A stretch of 64,000 nucleotides of DNA from Mobula hypostoma (taxonomy: Eukaryota). The DNA is taken from positions 20,648,001-20,712,000 of the forward strand of contig NC_086118.1 of NCBI RefSeq assembly GCF_963921235.1, in the 5' to 3' direction. This document shows, one piece after another, positions 13,566-27,212 of this stretch (position 1 is its first letter; the number at the start of each line of letters is the position of its first letter). The translations under genes were made by a program, and so were the position numbers. The notes under the pieces are model-generated. The model saw only the letters and a program-made list of their open reading frames with translations. It made no database searches and was not told the DNA's origin.

Positions 13566-13707
13566 CCATGTTGTAACCATACGGCGACTCACTGGCTCCA
13601 TCCTGCAGGCTGGCCAGGATCTCCCCCTTCCCAACATCACTGTCACCCACCAGTAGGAATTTCAGGAGAAAGTCGTAAGCCTTCACCGGGCTGCCCTTGT
13701 TGCTCAT
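13566..13707 (-). CDS. RAB40B: Ras-related protein Rab-40B, coding exon 1 (142 nt)
   Basis: [48 protein letters not shown] matches the Rab40 N-terminus (AYDF/ILASL is RAB40B-like). GTGAG donor at 13565 (phase 1). Adjacent to an FN3K-family gene as in the recalled human locus. Confidence 0.92.
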
Positions 13708-14453
13708 CCTCTCACAAACAACGCTCCATACTGGAACGGACTGGCGGCAGTTTATTTCGTTAAGCAAGTAAAAATTCATTAAACAAGTTTCAACTCGCCC
13801 TACGCCGCCACCATTCACTTTCCAGAGAAAATTCCTCGGGTGGCTCGCGCTGCAACCATTCGCCGTCCAAAACCCACAGGAAAACCTGTCGTCTCCTCTC
13901 CGTCCACACAGATTTACTTCTCACTAACTATTTTAGGCTGCCAAAGGTGCGGTACTCTTCATGTTCCCACTTTAAACCCCTCAGAAGTAGGATGAATACA
14001 CTCCATCGCTTCAGTACACACACGACTCTCACCCCTCTGCCATCCAGTGTGCTCTGGCGCTTCCATTATTGGTTATCATAAAATATAGGCGGTTCCGAGT
14101 CCCCAAGTTCTATTACACTATTGGTTATCTCGGCTATCAATCATAGACAACACCCGCCCCTCTCCGTTGTTTACATATCGTATCGCCAGGGGTTTTGGCC
14201 ACCACTGGGCGCGATGCATTAAGGGAATTGTAGTTCTCATTGGCAATTAGCCCGCTTTTCACAAGTCAGCGAACACGAGTTTAAGTTGCTCCTATTGTAA
14301 CTAAAAATACCCCCAAATAACTGCAGCTTTAAGTTATGTACATTTAATTCCTCACCGATAGGCATATCATTTTTAATATGCATTAAAATCAGGCGATCAA
14401 TTGACCACTCCTGTTGGAGCTCCGGGAAGGTGATTGGCAGTCGAGAACTGAAG
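13708..14453. promoter_or_regulatory. Bidirectional promoter and 5' UTRs shared by RAB40B and FN3KRP
   Basis: Divergent ATGs at 13707 and 14454; locally CpG-rich; reverse CCAAT boxes at 14068, 14120, 14239 and 14433; GC box cccgcccc at 14153-14160. Confidence 0.75.
14210..14234 (-). promoter_or_regulatory. ZNF143 (Staf) SBS element with upstream ACTACA motif
   Basis: Minus strand reads ACTACAATTCCCTTAATGCATCGCG, close to the ACTACAnnTCCCAnnATGCAnnGCG consensus. Confidence 0.75.
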
Positions 14454-14594
14454 ATGGAGAATGTGCTGAAGAGAGAGCTGAACACAGCTCGCCTGAAGGG
14501 ATTCGGATACGCAGGGGGTGGGTGTATTAGCCAAGGGCAGAGTTATGAAACGGATTCAGGAAGAGTGTTTGTCAAAGTCAATCACAAAAGCCAG
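14454..14594 (+). CDS. FN3KRP: Ketosamine-3-kinase / FN3K family, coding exon 1 of 6 (141 nt)
   Basis: MENVLKRELNTARLKGFGYAGGGCISQGQSYETDSGRVFVKVNHKSQ; Kozak-like aagATGg; GT donor at 14595. Confidence 0.92.
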
Positions 14595-16989
14595 GTTAAT
14601 GCATTTCCTTTATGGTTTGTATCAATGTTGACATGGCGTATGTGTTTGAGAGAGATGGGGAGGGCCTATACTGTTCTCTTAGCATTACAGACGCTGGCAG
14701 AAAAACTGAACTCTAAGGAAGGATGGGATATAGTTTGGCGTTCCAGTCCACAAAAAAAGACGCAGGCGAACGAGTTCACTAAAATAATGGGGGAGGTAAA
14801 CTTGAATGCAATTTAAGTGAAGTACAGCTTCAAATGAGTGAAACGGATTTCTGACGTATATTGAATCTTTCATCCAGGAATGATATATGGATGGGTTAAA
14901 CTTCCAAATAGGAATAGATCAAATTCCGAAAGAGCATTAGTGAATACCACTTTTGAGGCTGGCTTAGACTTTTGATGAATAGATTAATTTTATAGTATTA
15001 ATGACATTTCTGAATAGATGTATTTCTGGGAAATTTTTTCGCCACATTTTCTATCTCTGTTGATGTTATAGTTAAATAGAAAGGTGATGTATTGATAGTT
15101 TTACCATAGCCAACAAAAGAACCGATCCAAGAAAATGGAAAAGACCAACTATTGTCAATATGGTTTGTTTAATATTTGGATACTTGCTGAAGGGCCTAGA
15201 CAGCTATACAATTTTCGAGACTCCAAGTTAACACTTGAAGGTCCAGGCAATATTAGATTGCAAAAATCACTTTAGTCCATAATTCTTTTCATAGGTGCAA
15301 AAGGTTTTTTTTTACTACAGTATGTTTAAAATTGAATGTTAAGACAAATATGGTGCCTATTGAAATTGTTAATGACATTTTTTAAAGATAGTAAAATTAG
15401 TCTTGTAAATTGTTAGGGTGTTGAGCTAAAGGCAGGAAGCTAAATTATAATACTGTTACACCATGTTAAATAGTTCCTCCTTGAAAAGAAAGGTATACCA
15501 ATTCCATTGAAAACATCATTAATATTCTTGTTTCACTTTTTTTTTCTGTGCAGCCAGGAATAACTTTGATAAAATTATTTGATTGGTTTTTATTTGGTCT
15601 GGAATCTGAGAGCACATGGAATCCAACTAGCGTATTCGATACAAAATTGTCCTGGTGAAAGGAGGAGAGTTGTCTTTTGTATTGAGAGGACTCTGACCAG
15701 TGGTATGCCATAGGGATTGTTGTTTCTTATCTGTGTTAATGATTTTAAAGTTCGAAGTACATTCATTATCAAAGTATGTATACTATATGTAATCTTGTGA
15801 TTTGTCTCCCTACAGGCAGGCAGGCCCAAAACTTAAGAAATCCATTAAAAAAGGCCATTAAACACCTGATGTGCAAAAAAAACAGATTATGCAAACAATA
15901 AAAGTAAGCAAGTTACATTCAGAACTAAAGCTCATAAAAGTGAGATCACAGCCATGAAGCCAGTCATCACTGCAGCCGGTCCAGGAGCCCGTTAGTTGCA
16001 GGCCACAGCCTCAGTTCAGTGCAGAGATGAGTAAACCTTGCAGGGCAGCAAGCTGAACACTGGCCCGTCCATCACGTCCAGCTCCAACACCCTAACCTTT
16101 TCAATCTGACCTGGTACGCATGTCAGCCAACCATCGGCTTTTTCCATGCTCTTGGACCTGGGCCCAATGTCTTGATTTGCCGCATACCTGACCTTTTCCA
16201 TCTGGCTCGGCTCATTCCTTGCTCTCAGGTCTGAGCTCCACTGCGTTGATTCTGCGTGGCCTCCCCTTGGATCTGTTGTTTTGATTGGCTCCAAGTCTGT
16301 TTTATCAATGGCCAAACATTGGCTTATTTCTCGGGCTTGGGACTAGGCCTCGCCATCTCAGTTTGGTGTGTACACACCACGCCACAACCATCCTGCACCT
16401 TCATGGTTTCAGTTCACACAACAAAAATGCCAGGTTGTACAGGCGGTTCAAAAGTTCAACTCTGAAAAGGAAATTACAGGTTATTGATTACAGTGATAAC
16501 TGTCTACGAACAGTGCGATTAATAGTGTAGTTAGTAGTTTTGTTTGTTGCCAGTAAGGCGTTGCTGTGTTAATAAGGTTGTTAATGTGTTTAGTAGAATC
16601 AGCCAAAATGCCAAAGTTGATGGTGTAGAGGTGAAGGGGGTTACAAAGTTTACAAGGGTTCTAGACCAACTTGGGAAATGAGCCAGAGAACAGCAAATGG
16701 AATTTAATTTGGACAGGTGTGAAGTGTTGCACTTTGGTAAATTAAACCAGGGCAGGACTTGAACAGTAAATGGTAGGGCCCTAGAAAATGATGTTGAACA
16801 TTCTTTTCATACGGGTACAAGGAATATGATTTTATTTGCTTAAGCACTGTACCTCTCTGATATGTTAATCTTATTTTTGTTCTGGAACTACTGTCTATTG
16901 TTCTGTCACAGTTTCGGGAATATGTTTAGTAAGGAAAAATATTTGTATCGCTGTAAAGTTAACAGCTTATACAAGATGTGTCTTCATAT

Positions 16990-16993
<4 letters not shown>

Positions 16994-17061
<68 letters not shown>
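16994..17061. repeat. Compound (CT)n(CA)n microsatellite
   Basis: Read directly from the sequence. Confidence 0.98.
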
Positions 17062-17064
<3 letters not shown>

Positions 17065-18123
17065 TTTAGGTTGAAGATGCTTTGTTAGAACTGGTGAAGA
17101 GAGAAAACAAATTGGTTTGAAATTGCAGAGGTGGTGAGGGAAGGAGTGGTTGGACAAAGGGAATATCTTAGATCAAGTGAAGTCAGTGTTGCCGCGAGGA
17201 TAAGATGGAGGTAATTTATTTGATGGATTAATGAAAATAGTTGTTGAGAAAATGAACAAAATGTATGATTTTTTAAGTTTCCAATAACTGCAATTTTTTA
17301 CTTTAAAACATGATTTACTTTGACGCTACAATTTGTTCTTTATATTCCTTTCATATTTTCTTTCATTTTGATATTTTTCAGTTACTGTCAGACCAAGAGA
17401 GTTGCTTAATGGTTCATTGATGAGCTGACCTCAGAACTACCTTTGACCTCTAGGTCAAGGAAGGAAAAAATTCATCATTATTCTTATTCTTGATTGCCAC
17501 ACAGCATACCATGCTTGGATTTAAACAGGTCTCATAAGAACTTCTTCTTTACAAACCTACCCTGCACTTAATGCCTGCTTGCTTCTAAGGTGGACATTTA
17601 TAAGGTGCAAAAGTTAAATTTCATGAACTGATGTTTGTATACCCATATTAAACCAAAGCATTTCTGTGAGCTATCTAACCCTAACTACCTATGAGTGATA
17701 TAGAGGCTGCACTGATTAAATATGTGTGACTAGTGCACATAACTACCATTATCACTTTGTGTAACTGATCTGTGAATTCATAGCTGTTTAACAACTTATT
17801 TGCTCATCAAGAAAGATTTTTAAATTGTAATTTCATTTAATTTATTTTTCTACTCAACTCTGTTGTTTTGGAGTTAAGAAAAATGGGTCTCATCAGCAGC
17901 TTGATCTGTTATATTTATAAGTCGTTATTTTTGTTGCCCAATTTAAATTTTAAGTTAAAAGAAACTTTTATAAGACCATAAAGTAATGGCAAAAATTGAA
18001 TAGGTAATTATAAAACTGCACCTGTATTATCTATTTGTATTTCTGCTACAAGAGTCACTAGGATGCTTGTCTCTACCTTGTTTCTTTATTCACGTCAGTG
18101 GGATGAGCATAGAAGTCAACAGG

Positions 18124-19600
18124 AATCAAAATCAGGTTTAATTTCACTGGATTATGTTGTGAAATCAGTTTTATGGCAGTGGTACAGTGCAGTACATTTA
18201 AAGAATTATAAATTGCAACAAGAAGTATAAATAAGTGGTGCAAAAAGAGAACAAAAAAACTGTAGGGTAGTTTCCATGGGTTGGTTCATTTTCCATTCAG
18301 AAATCTGATGGTGGAGGGGAAGAAGCTGTTCGTAAAACATTGAATGTTTGTCTTCAAGCTCCTGTACCTCCTAACTGATGGTGTCAATGAGAAGAGGGCA
18401 TGTCCTGGGAGATGGGGGCCCTCAATGATGGATACCGCCTTTTTGAGGCTTAGTCTTTTTACGTCCTTGATGCTGGCGAGCCTAGTGCCATGATGAAATT
18501 GGCTGAGTTTACAAGCTTCTGCCGCTTTTTCTGATCCTGTGCAGTGGCCTCTCCATATCAGTTGGATGATACATTTGTAGAAATTTCTGAGAGTCTTTGG
18601 TGATATACTAAGTCTTCTCAAACTCCAAATGAAGTATAGCTGCTATTGTGCCTTCTTTGTAATTGCATTAGCATGTTGGGGCCAGGGTAGATTTCAGGGA
18701 TGTTGACACCCAAGAACTTGAAACTGCTCACCCTATCCACTGTCGCTCCCTCAATAAGGACTGGTGTATGTTCCCTTGGATTCCCCTTCATGAAGTCCAC
18801 AATCATTTCGTTGATCTTACAGTTATAGAGTACAAGGTTGTTGTTGCGACACCACCCAATCAGCTGGTCTATTACACTATTTTATGACTCCTTGTCATCA
18901 TCTGAGATTCTGCCAACAGCAGTTACGTCATCTGTAAATTTATAGATGGCATTTGAGCCGTGTCTTGCCACGCAGTCGTGGGTCTAGAGAGGGTAGAGCA
19001 GTAGGCTAAGCACATATCCTTGAGGTGCGTCGGTATTGATTGTTAGCGAGGCGGAGATGACATTTCTGATGTGCACTGATTGTCAAATGAGGAAGTCAAG
19101 GATCCAGTTGCAGAGAGAGGTGGAGAGGCCCTGGATTTGAAGCTCGATTTCTACTGTGAGTATGATGGTGTTGAACACTGAGTTGTAATCAATAAACAGC
19201 AGCCTGGTGTACGTATTGCTGTTGTTCAGGGGATCCAAGGCTGAGTGGAGAGCCAGGGAGATTGTATCCACTGTACACACTTTGTGGTGGTAGGCAAATT
19301 GCAATGGGTTCAGGTCTTTGTTTAGGCAGGAATGGGTTCTGGCTATGACTAACCCCTCAAAGCACTTCATCACAGCAGATAGCAGAACAATTGGGCAATG
19401 TTCGTTGAGGCAGCTCACCCTGTTCGTCGTGGGAACTAGTATGATTGGTACCCTTTTGAAGCAGGTGGGAATCTCGGACTGCAGTCATGAGAGATTGAAG
19501 AGTCCTTCAACACCCTGCTGGTTGGTTGACACAAGTTTTCATTTCCCTGCCATTGGAGCCTGATGCCTTGCTAGGATTCGCCCTCTTGAAAGAGTCTGAG
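18124..19600 (-). mobile_element. Rex1/Babar-type LINE, RT to 3' end, degenerate
   Basis: VMKCFEGLV..LNPLQFAY..LFIDYNSVFNTI..LCNWILDFL; FKFLGVNI; NSFFPSTIRFLN; ctgatt-type tail near 18124-18140. Confidence 0.85.
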
Positions 19601-19669
19601 GAAAATGAATTTAAAGTCAGTTGATAAAGAGATTATGCTGCGAGACATCATAATTGGAGATCCTAAGTT

Positions 19670-20600
19670 TTTGGAACATATAACAGCATAGCACAGGAAC
19701 AAGCCCTTTGGTCCACATTGTTTGTGCTGAACATGATGCCGAAGTAAACTAGTTCTCTTCTGCCGGTATAGTGACAATTAAACGGTACAGCACAGACAAC
19801 AGTCCCTTCAGCCTGTGATGTTGTGCTGAGCTAATTAAACTAATTTATTTTGCCTGCACATTGTTCATGTTTTTTTCTCTGCATATTCACATGTCTGAGA
19901 GCCTCTTAAATACCTCTATAGTATCTGCCTCCACTACTACCCAGGCACCCACCACTCTTTTTGTTTTTTTAAAGTAAAATAGTTGCCTTGCACATTTTCA
20001 TTGAACTTCCCCCCCCCCCACCACCACCACCTTAAGTGTATTCCCTCTAGTATTAGCTATTTCAACGTTGAGAAAAAGATATAGGCTGTCTACTCTAACT
20101 ATGCCTTGCATAATATAAAAACTTCTATGAGGTTTCCCCTCAGTCTCTGCTGCTCCAGAGTAAACAGTCCGAGGTTGTGTAACTTCTCTTGATAGCACAT
20201 GCCCTCTAATCCAGACAGCATTCAACATCACTCGAGATGAAGGGCCTCAACTTGAAATGTTGACAACCTATTTCTCTCCAATGATGCAGTCTAACCTACT
20301 ATGTGGCTCCAGATCACAGCATTTGAAGTCTCTTGTGTCAACATTTTTGTAAGCCTCTTCCGCACTCTCTCCAAAGCCTCCACACCCTCCTTGTAATGGT
20401 GCAACCAGAGTTGAATGGAGCTCAGAAAAATAGAGGGCTATGGGTAACCCGAGGTAATTTCTACGGTAAAGACATGTTCGGCACAGCTTTGTGGGCCGGA
20501 GGGCCTGTATTGTGCTGTAGGTTTTCTATGTTTCTATTGCAAATGTAGCATAACCAGAGTTTTATAAAGTTCCAACATAACCTCTGGATTCTTGAACTCA
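19670..20600 (-). mobile_element. Stacked CR1 3' end fragments with small PLE-end and plus-strand CR1 tail inserts
   Basis: Repeated 3' UTR blocks (gcacaggaacaagccctt.., cagtcccttcagcc..), TRGNTLK coding remnant, plus-strand tail at 20410-20536. Confidence 0.6.
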
Positions 20601-20619
20601 AGAAAAGACCAGCAAGCAA

Positions 20620-20970
20620 GTTTCTTTGTATAGCACTTTTCAAACACAAGGCAGTTCATTAAGTGTTCTACATAGAACAAAATATAGAAATCAAACATCA
20701 AGTTTCAGACGATATATAAAAGACTAAAATTACACAAAAAATAGATATGATAAATAGAAGTTACAGTGCAGGGGATTCTAGTTAAAAGCTACAGCGAAAA
20801 GAAAAGTTTTAACCCTTGATTTAAAAGAGCTTAAAGTTGGGGTAGACTTCAGGTCCTCTGGAAGGTCATTCCGGATACATGGATCAGAATAAGAAAGCTG
20901 CTTCACCATGTTTAGTTTCCTAAGGACAGTAAGTAGACCTGCCCCAGATGGCCTGAGAGCTTGGAAAGGA
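20620..20970 (-). mobile_element. L2-type LINE 3' end remnant
   Basis: Resembles recalled fish L2 3' ends (tagcacttttc..., aaaagttttaacccttgatttaaaagag, ggaaggtcattcc). Confidence 0.45.
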
Positions 20971-21259
20971 AGGGTCCTATCATTTCTTCAATGCTTTTCC
21001 CTTACACTAGACCTCCCAAAGTGTAGCTCCTCACACTTGCTCGGATCAAACCCCATTTGCCATTTTTCTGCCATATCTGTACTGATTGTTTGATTATATC
21101 CTTTAAAAGTCCTCTACACTATCCACAACTCTACATTTGGTTGCTATTCTCTGTTAAAGCTAATTTCACAGGAAGAACAGGATAAGTACCACAACTAGTG
21201 TTGGTGGCTGCCTTGCTTTCCAGTGATGAATCGGTGCTGAGTGAGTGTAAAATTTGATC

Positions 21260-21995
21260 AAAGTCAAACTAAAATTTATTATCAAGGTATGTATGTGTTT
21301 CCATATTCTACCTTAAAATTAATTTTCTTGCAGGAATTTACAGAAAAAGTAACACAATAGAATTTACCAAAGACTACACATAAACAAAGATTGACAAACA
21401 ACCAATGTTCAAAAGATGACAGATCGTGCAAATAAAAAATGAATACTGAGAACATCGAGTTGTAAAAAGGCCTTGAAAGTGTGTATGTACAGTAGGTTGT
21501 AGAATCAGTTCAAAGTTGTAAGTGAAATTATCCACACCACTTCCTGAACCTGAAGATTGGAGGATAACTATTTCTAAACCTGGTGGTGTGGGACTTAAAG
21601 GCTTCTGTACTTGCTGCCCAGTGGTAGGAGCAGAAAGAGAGCATAGCCTGGATGGTGGGGACCCTCGATGATGGATGCTGTTTTCTTGTGGCAGTCCTCC
21701 TTGTAAATGCGCACAATGGTAGAGAGGCCTGTGATGGACTGGGTTGTATCCACCACTTTCTGTTTCTTGGCATTGGTATTTACGTATCAGGCTGTGATGC
21801 AACTAGTTAAGATACTCTCCAATGTACAAATGTCGAAGTTTGTCAAAGGTTTTGGTGACATGCCAAATCTACACAAACATCTAAGAAAGTAAAGGCACTG
21901 TGCTTTCTTTGAAATAACACTTTTGTGCTGGTCTCATGACATATCCACTGACATAACAATGATATGATAAGGAATTTACAGCTATTAACCTCAAA
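21260..21995 (-). mobile_element. Rex1/Babar-type LINE 3' end
   Basis: HTTRFRNSY motif and 3' UTR similar to the copies at 52000-52700 and 58205-58745. Confidence 0.75.
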
Positions 21996-22019
21996 TTCAG
22001 AAAAACTCAAAATTTTTAG

Positions 22020-22686
22020 AGCATGAAACATAGAACAGTACTGCATAGGAACAGATCCATTTGGGCACAATCAAATATTGAATCAATTAAATTAGTTGTC
22101 AAATAGCCAACTAAGTTAATCCCTTCTGCCGACGAAATGTCCATATCCTTTCATTTCACTTACATTCTTGTGGCTACCTAAATGTCCCTAAAAAGTCCTT
22201 ACTGTATCTGCCTCTTCAACCACTCCGGGCACTGCATTCCAGACGCCCACCACTCCCTGTGTTTAAAAAAAAAACTTGCCCCTTGTATTTTTTTTTACCT
22301 TGTCCCCTCTCACCTTAAATGCAATGTTAGATAGTCCAACCCTTGGGGAAAAAAAGATACTGTATGTCTACTCCATCTATGCCTTTCATAATATCATAAA
22401 CCTCTGTTAGAATTTCCCCTCAGCCTCCATCACTCCAGATAAATCAACCTGTTTGTCCAGCCTCTCATTATAGCACATGCCCTCTAATCCAGCCAACATC
22501 CTGGTAAACCTCTTCTGCACCCTCTCCAAAGCCTCGACATCCTTCCTATAATGGGGTGATCAGATCTGTATGCAATACTCCAGATGCAGCCTATCTTGGA
22601 GTTTCATAAAGATGCAACATAACTTCCTGTCTGTTGAACGCAGTGCCTTGACTAATTAAAGCCAAGCATGCCATATGCCTTCTTAA
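22020..22686 (-). mobile_element. CR1 LINE 3' end fragment
   Basis: aaacatagaacag tail; reverse complement codes LEYCIQIxSPHYRKDVEALERVQKRFTRM. Confidence 0.8.
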
Positions 22687-25600
22687 AATGTAGTTCTCAG
22701 AATCTTTACTATCAAGAATATAGCTATTTGGGTGCGTAAGACCAATATTTGTGTAGCTTTAGACTTGTAGGAGTCAACACCATAAATATGAGGGAAAGCA
22801 TTAAGGGTGACTTGCCTTTCACAGGTGTAACAATCTGTGTGCCTTGACAACCAGTGCACATGGTTGAATCACAGAATTTGTAGGGCAAGAGGAACCCATT
22901 TGACCTACAGAAAATTTCTTATGCAGATTGTACTGCAGGAGCTTTTGATTCTCTTAACAGTCATTTAAATTGTCCTTGCACCAGGTCCTCCCCTGCACTA
23001 GGACCCAGGCGCCGCTGCAGTGATACACTCAGGGCCTGGATTCCACCGCCACATTCTGGCCCATACCCAACCTTTCCAAATTGGCCTCACGTTTAGGTTG
23101 ATTGAAGCTCACTCTCAGTTTAGGTAGATGGGCTGCAAAACTCCTCCACTCCAACATTCCTCCATTCTGCTCACTCTGACTTTGACTCTGTCTCGGACAT
23201 GCCTCGACCTCATTCCAACCATTTCTACTCGATGATGCCTCGACTACACTTCAACTTTGCATCGCACCCACATGTCTCGACCCTCGAGTCAGTCTTTGTT
23301 CTCCTCTTCATTGTTTGCAGTGATAGTTTACACAGTTTAGCTGCTAACAGAAATAATATTGTGCTAAACTCTTATTTTCTTACGATTTCATTAGATAAGA
23401 AAACTAACTTATTTTCTTTGGGCCATGACCTCTTATTTCACATTTAATGAGAGTCAAATTTCATTTCATCTTTTTGAAAATATATTTTAACCAAAGTCTT
23501 CTAATCAAAAAGTCGTCTTATCTGACTAGTTTTTATCACTTGTTATTAAGCTAATGTAGCCCTTACCACCATCTGATCTTCCAACATCACCTGCTTTGAG
23601 TTCATCTCCACAATATCAGTATTATGTTTAAATCCACCTTATGATTCATATTAGATATATTTTGTCTGTTTAAATGTTTGTCACAGTGTTAATGCAATGA
23701 TTTTAAAATCTGAAATGGATGACTTTTTTATGTGTAACAGATCTGCAATGTTAACTTGTAATCTTAATTGTTGCTTCAAGATATAAATATGTGTGGATTT
23801 TAAGTCAGCATTTTGATAGTTTTGCCTTCAAACTTTCAGGAAATAGAGCACTTCTGGAATTTCTATTTCTGTGTCACTGCATGTGGAAATTGTGAAGTTG
23901 CTCTTGGTTATTTAGTGCAGTTGAGCAGCTTCTGCCACCTCTCGCTTTCTCCACCACAATTGAGGGAAATGTTTTGAATGGACATAAATATTTTTGCAAA
24001 TTAGTCCGTCTGTAAAATACTTTGACGATTTATTTTATTGCACAAACACTCTGAGTTACTAATGTTATACTAAGGTTAAATTAATATTTAGGAAACTGCT
24101 GCCTCCTTTAATTTTTAAATTTTTTATAGAGTGTAATTCTCTCTCTGATATTTCAAAAGCATAAGGGATTTTATAATGTTCTTTGTAATACCAGCATTAA
24201 CCTAGTGTATGTTTATATTTTATTTGTTTAAAAATTTGTTTTTACTTCATAGTCTGTGTGGATCATAAAATGTAATCAATTATTCAGCTGGTTTGATGAT
24301 ACCATTCTTTGAAGCCAAGGTTTCCTTTTGAATCATGCCTAACTGTAACAGCTGGCAGAAATGATTAAATTTTGTCAAAATAATGCAGGAAATTATCTCT
24401 GTTCTGTCTGAAAATGAACTAGTTCTGTATTGTTGTGCAACTCTTCTTACGGGATTGGTACATTTTAAACTAAGAGAATTGGTGTTTATTAATTGCCTTT
24501 TTTTGAAACAACGGGACCTCATTGAAGGAGAGACTATTTCAGGATTAGCAAGCCTATGCTAAGGTGAAAATTGGATTTACAAGTGCTTCACCGAGAACTT
24601 AACAAAACACATTTTTCACTTTGCCATCGGTGGAAAGTGAACAGAAAAAGCGCTTATGTAAGCTGAGATTTTGCATTTATGATGTTTCTCGGTTTAACTT
24701 GTAAATTAATGTTACTTAATTTTAGCTTGTCATTCATCAGAGTTGTAATGTCTTAATGAGTAAACTAAATTTTGCTCTGATCTATTTAGTGTAATTGATT
24801 TAGGTTCTATCATGCTATGTAAAATACAAAACCAGGTGTTTACTCTCATTAGGTAGTATCCTGAAATCAATGATAACTTCCACTCCAGTTCTGAGGTGGC
24901 TGACAAGCCATTATGTGAGTAGAACATTCTGCGCTGGACAGCATGCGTGGCTTAGTTTAGGAGGTGGTGTGCTCCTTCTTCTGTTTACACTGGGTTTCAT
25001 TGTGTTCCTGGTTGTACTCCAATTCCTGTTCCTGAGAACTTAATTCTCAGTGCCATCCTTAATTCTTTTCCATCTTGTACATCTACGTGCCAGGGATTCC
25101 AATATAATGTCACATTATTTTCATGGATGCTGAGAAGCATCTATGATTGTTTTTCACTGTTTTGATAGATGTTTATATGGAGTCCCCATTTCACAAATCT
25201 GGTGAATGATGTGGCCTATCCGTTGAAGCTTGTTGATGGTCATCAGAATTTGGGATGGTGCCCTGGGAGAGCACAGTGAAGATGGTTTGTATATGTTGCT
25301 CATGGATGAGGGAAAAAAGTTGTGAATGCAACCTTGGCAGAATATATCCACTGTTTTTGAGGTGCATGGTTAGATCTTGGAAGTGTACAGGAAGGCAGGG
25401 ATCCCAGCTGCCTAGGAGACTAGGAGATGTGGATCTTCAAAGTCTCTTCCTCAAAAGTTGAAAGGCTCTACTAGTACACTAAAGGTAATAGTGAAGTTCA
25501 TCGTCGAGTCTGCTTTTGCTGAGAGGCAGCTCCTGAGATATGGGAACTGATTAATTTTTTTTTACAATCTTACTGTGACAGTGCCAGTTATTCATAAATA

Positions 25601-25956
25601 TTTTCTGATTCACTTGTTTGTATATTAGTACTGGAATCAAAGCTTGTATTGTGAATTTAATTTGGCCCTGATTAGGTATAAACTGTTACTGTCCAATTTG
25701 CAGTTCTATAGAATGGAGAACGGTTGGCAGAAGATTAAATCCCCAAGGCTGCATCCCACTGACAACCAAGGAGGTGAACTAGCCTTAAGTAAGGAGTCAG
25801 TGATCAGCCGTGGGAAGAATAACATCAAAGAACTCATCAGCCTTTACTCTGAGTAAAGACGTGCTCTCTTGACTCCATTATATAGCACCCCTAAATGATT
25901 AATTGGAAATGCCTCAGCCCATTGTGAATCAATATGGCCTGGGATACCCTTTTAGA

Positions 25957-26035
25957 ATTGGGTTCCCAATCTGGGGTCCACGGACCCCTTGGTTAATGGT
26001 AGGGTACATGGCACAAAAACAGTTGGGAATTCTTG
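25957..26035. mobile_element. Short hAT-type MITE (about 80 bp), degenerate
   Basis: Imperfect terminal inverted repeats (ggttcccaa...ttgggaatt); approximate 8-bp TSD cttttaga/cttttgaa. Confidence 0.45.
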
Positions 26036-26074
26036 CTTTTGAAGTTTTAAAATTTGATAGAAAAGAAAATTGAT

Positions 26075-26430
26075 CACAAATTTTCACCCTGGTCTGGGAA
26101 GAGGAGGAAATGCCAAAGGACCTCAGATATTTTGTAATCATGTGCCTCTTCAAGAAAGGTGACAAATTCATTTCCGGTAACGACAGAGGAGTCTCCTCCC
26201 TGTTTGCTGTAGAAAATGGCAGCCACCATCTTCCACTGCCTGAAAAACTGCTCTCTGAATAACTTTGTTTATTTTCTAGATCTGACGACACAATTACATG
26301 ACATTCACCTTGACAAGAACGAGACATGTGGGGAAGATAATCACTGCAAAATACTGCCTTTTTAAAAAACTTTATAAAAGTCCTTAAGTCTGTTAATTGA
26401 GATGGGTTGTAGAATTTTTTTCTGAAATTT
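26075..26430 (+). mobile_element. RTE-clade LINE RT fragment
   Basis: Translates as VWEEEEMPKDLRYFVIMCLFKKGDKFISGNDRGVS, resembling the RTE IWEEExMPxD..FKKGD..GNYRGIS motif. Confidence 0.6.
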
Positions 26431-27060
26431 TTCTACCAAATTTATCTTCTTGACTTTTGTTGTGCACCTGCTTCATAAGTTGCTGGACAAAAAAGGCCAG
26501 TGGTAGAATGAGTGGAACTTTTTTTCTGCTATAAATTATCTGTAATTAAAAGGGAATTCAGAAATTTAGTTAATATAAAAGACAGAATTTTTGTACAAAA
26601 ACAATAAATGAATGTGCAAAAGTGATTTGAATTGTTACTTGGAAAAAGAGCACTAAACATGCCTAGGAGAGTTAAATTAGGTATCTTGCATTGAGGAGAA
26701 TAGGCAATTAACCACATTGCACAGTTGACTAATTCCATGTGAATACGCAATGAAAACAAAATGGCAGAGATCTCAGATTTATACAATACAATAGAAGAAT
26801 TATACAATAGAAGAATAATATCATATGAAAAGCATTTATTACAGATTTGTGTTTTTATCCATGCCTGAGCAAACAATTGATTCTGCATTTGAATGGTATA
26901 TATTTGTCTGACTTTTCAGGAGGTGACACTAAATGTGTGTTGCAAAAATTAGTATATTTGAAATTTTGCAATATTTGAGTTTTGCTTGATTGATAGATAA
27001 TTTCATGCTTCCTGATATTGTTGTTGGCCGTGGTCTCACTATCGATATTGTTTTAAACAG

Positions 27061-27212
27061 GCCAAAAAAATGTTTGATGGTGAAATGGCAAGTCTGGAGG
27101 CCATTTTGAAAACGAACACTGTTAAAGTGCCACAGCCAATTAAAGTGATCAGTCTGTCAGATGGTGGGTCGATGTTTGTTATGGAGCATTTGGATATTCA
27201 CAGCTTAAACAG
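27061..27212 (+). CDS. FN3KRP: FN3K family kinase coding exon 2 (152 nt)
   Basis: AG at 27059-27060; [52 protein letters not shown] at 27213; phases consistent. Confidence 0.93.

Noticed and set aside
13558..13818. N-terminally extended RAB40B from the ORF-track start at 13818
   Set aside because: Rab40 homology begins at ATG 13707; nothing supports the upstream extension.
14430..14816. 128-aa ORF as a single-exon gene
   Set aside because: FN3K homology starts at ATG 14454 and ends at the GT donor 14595; the rest is intron read-through.
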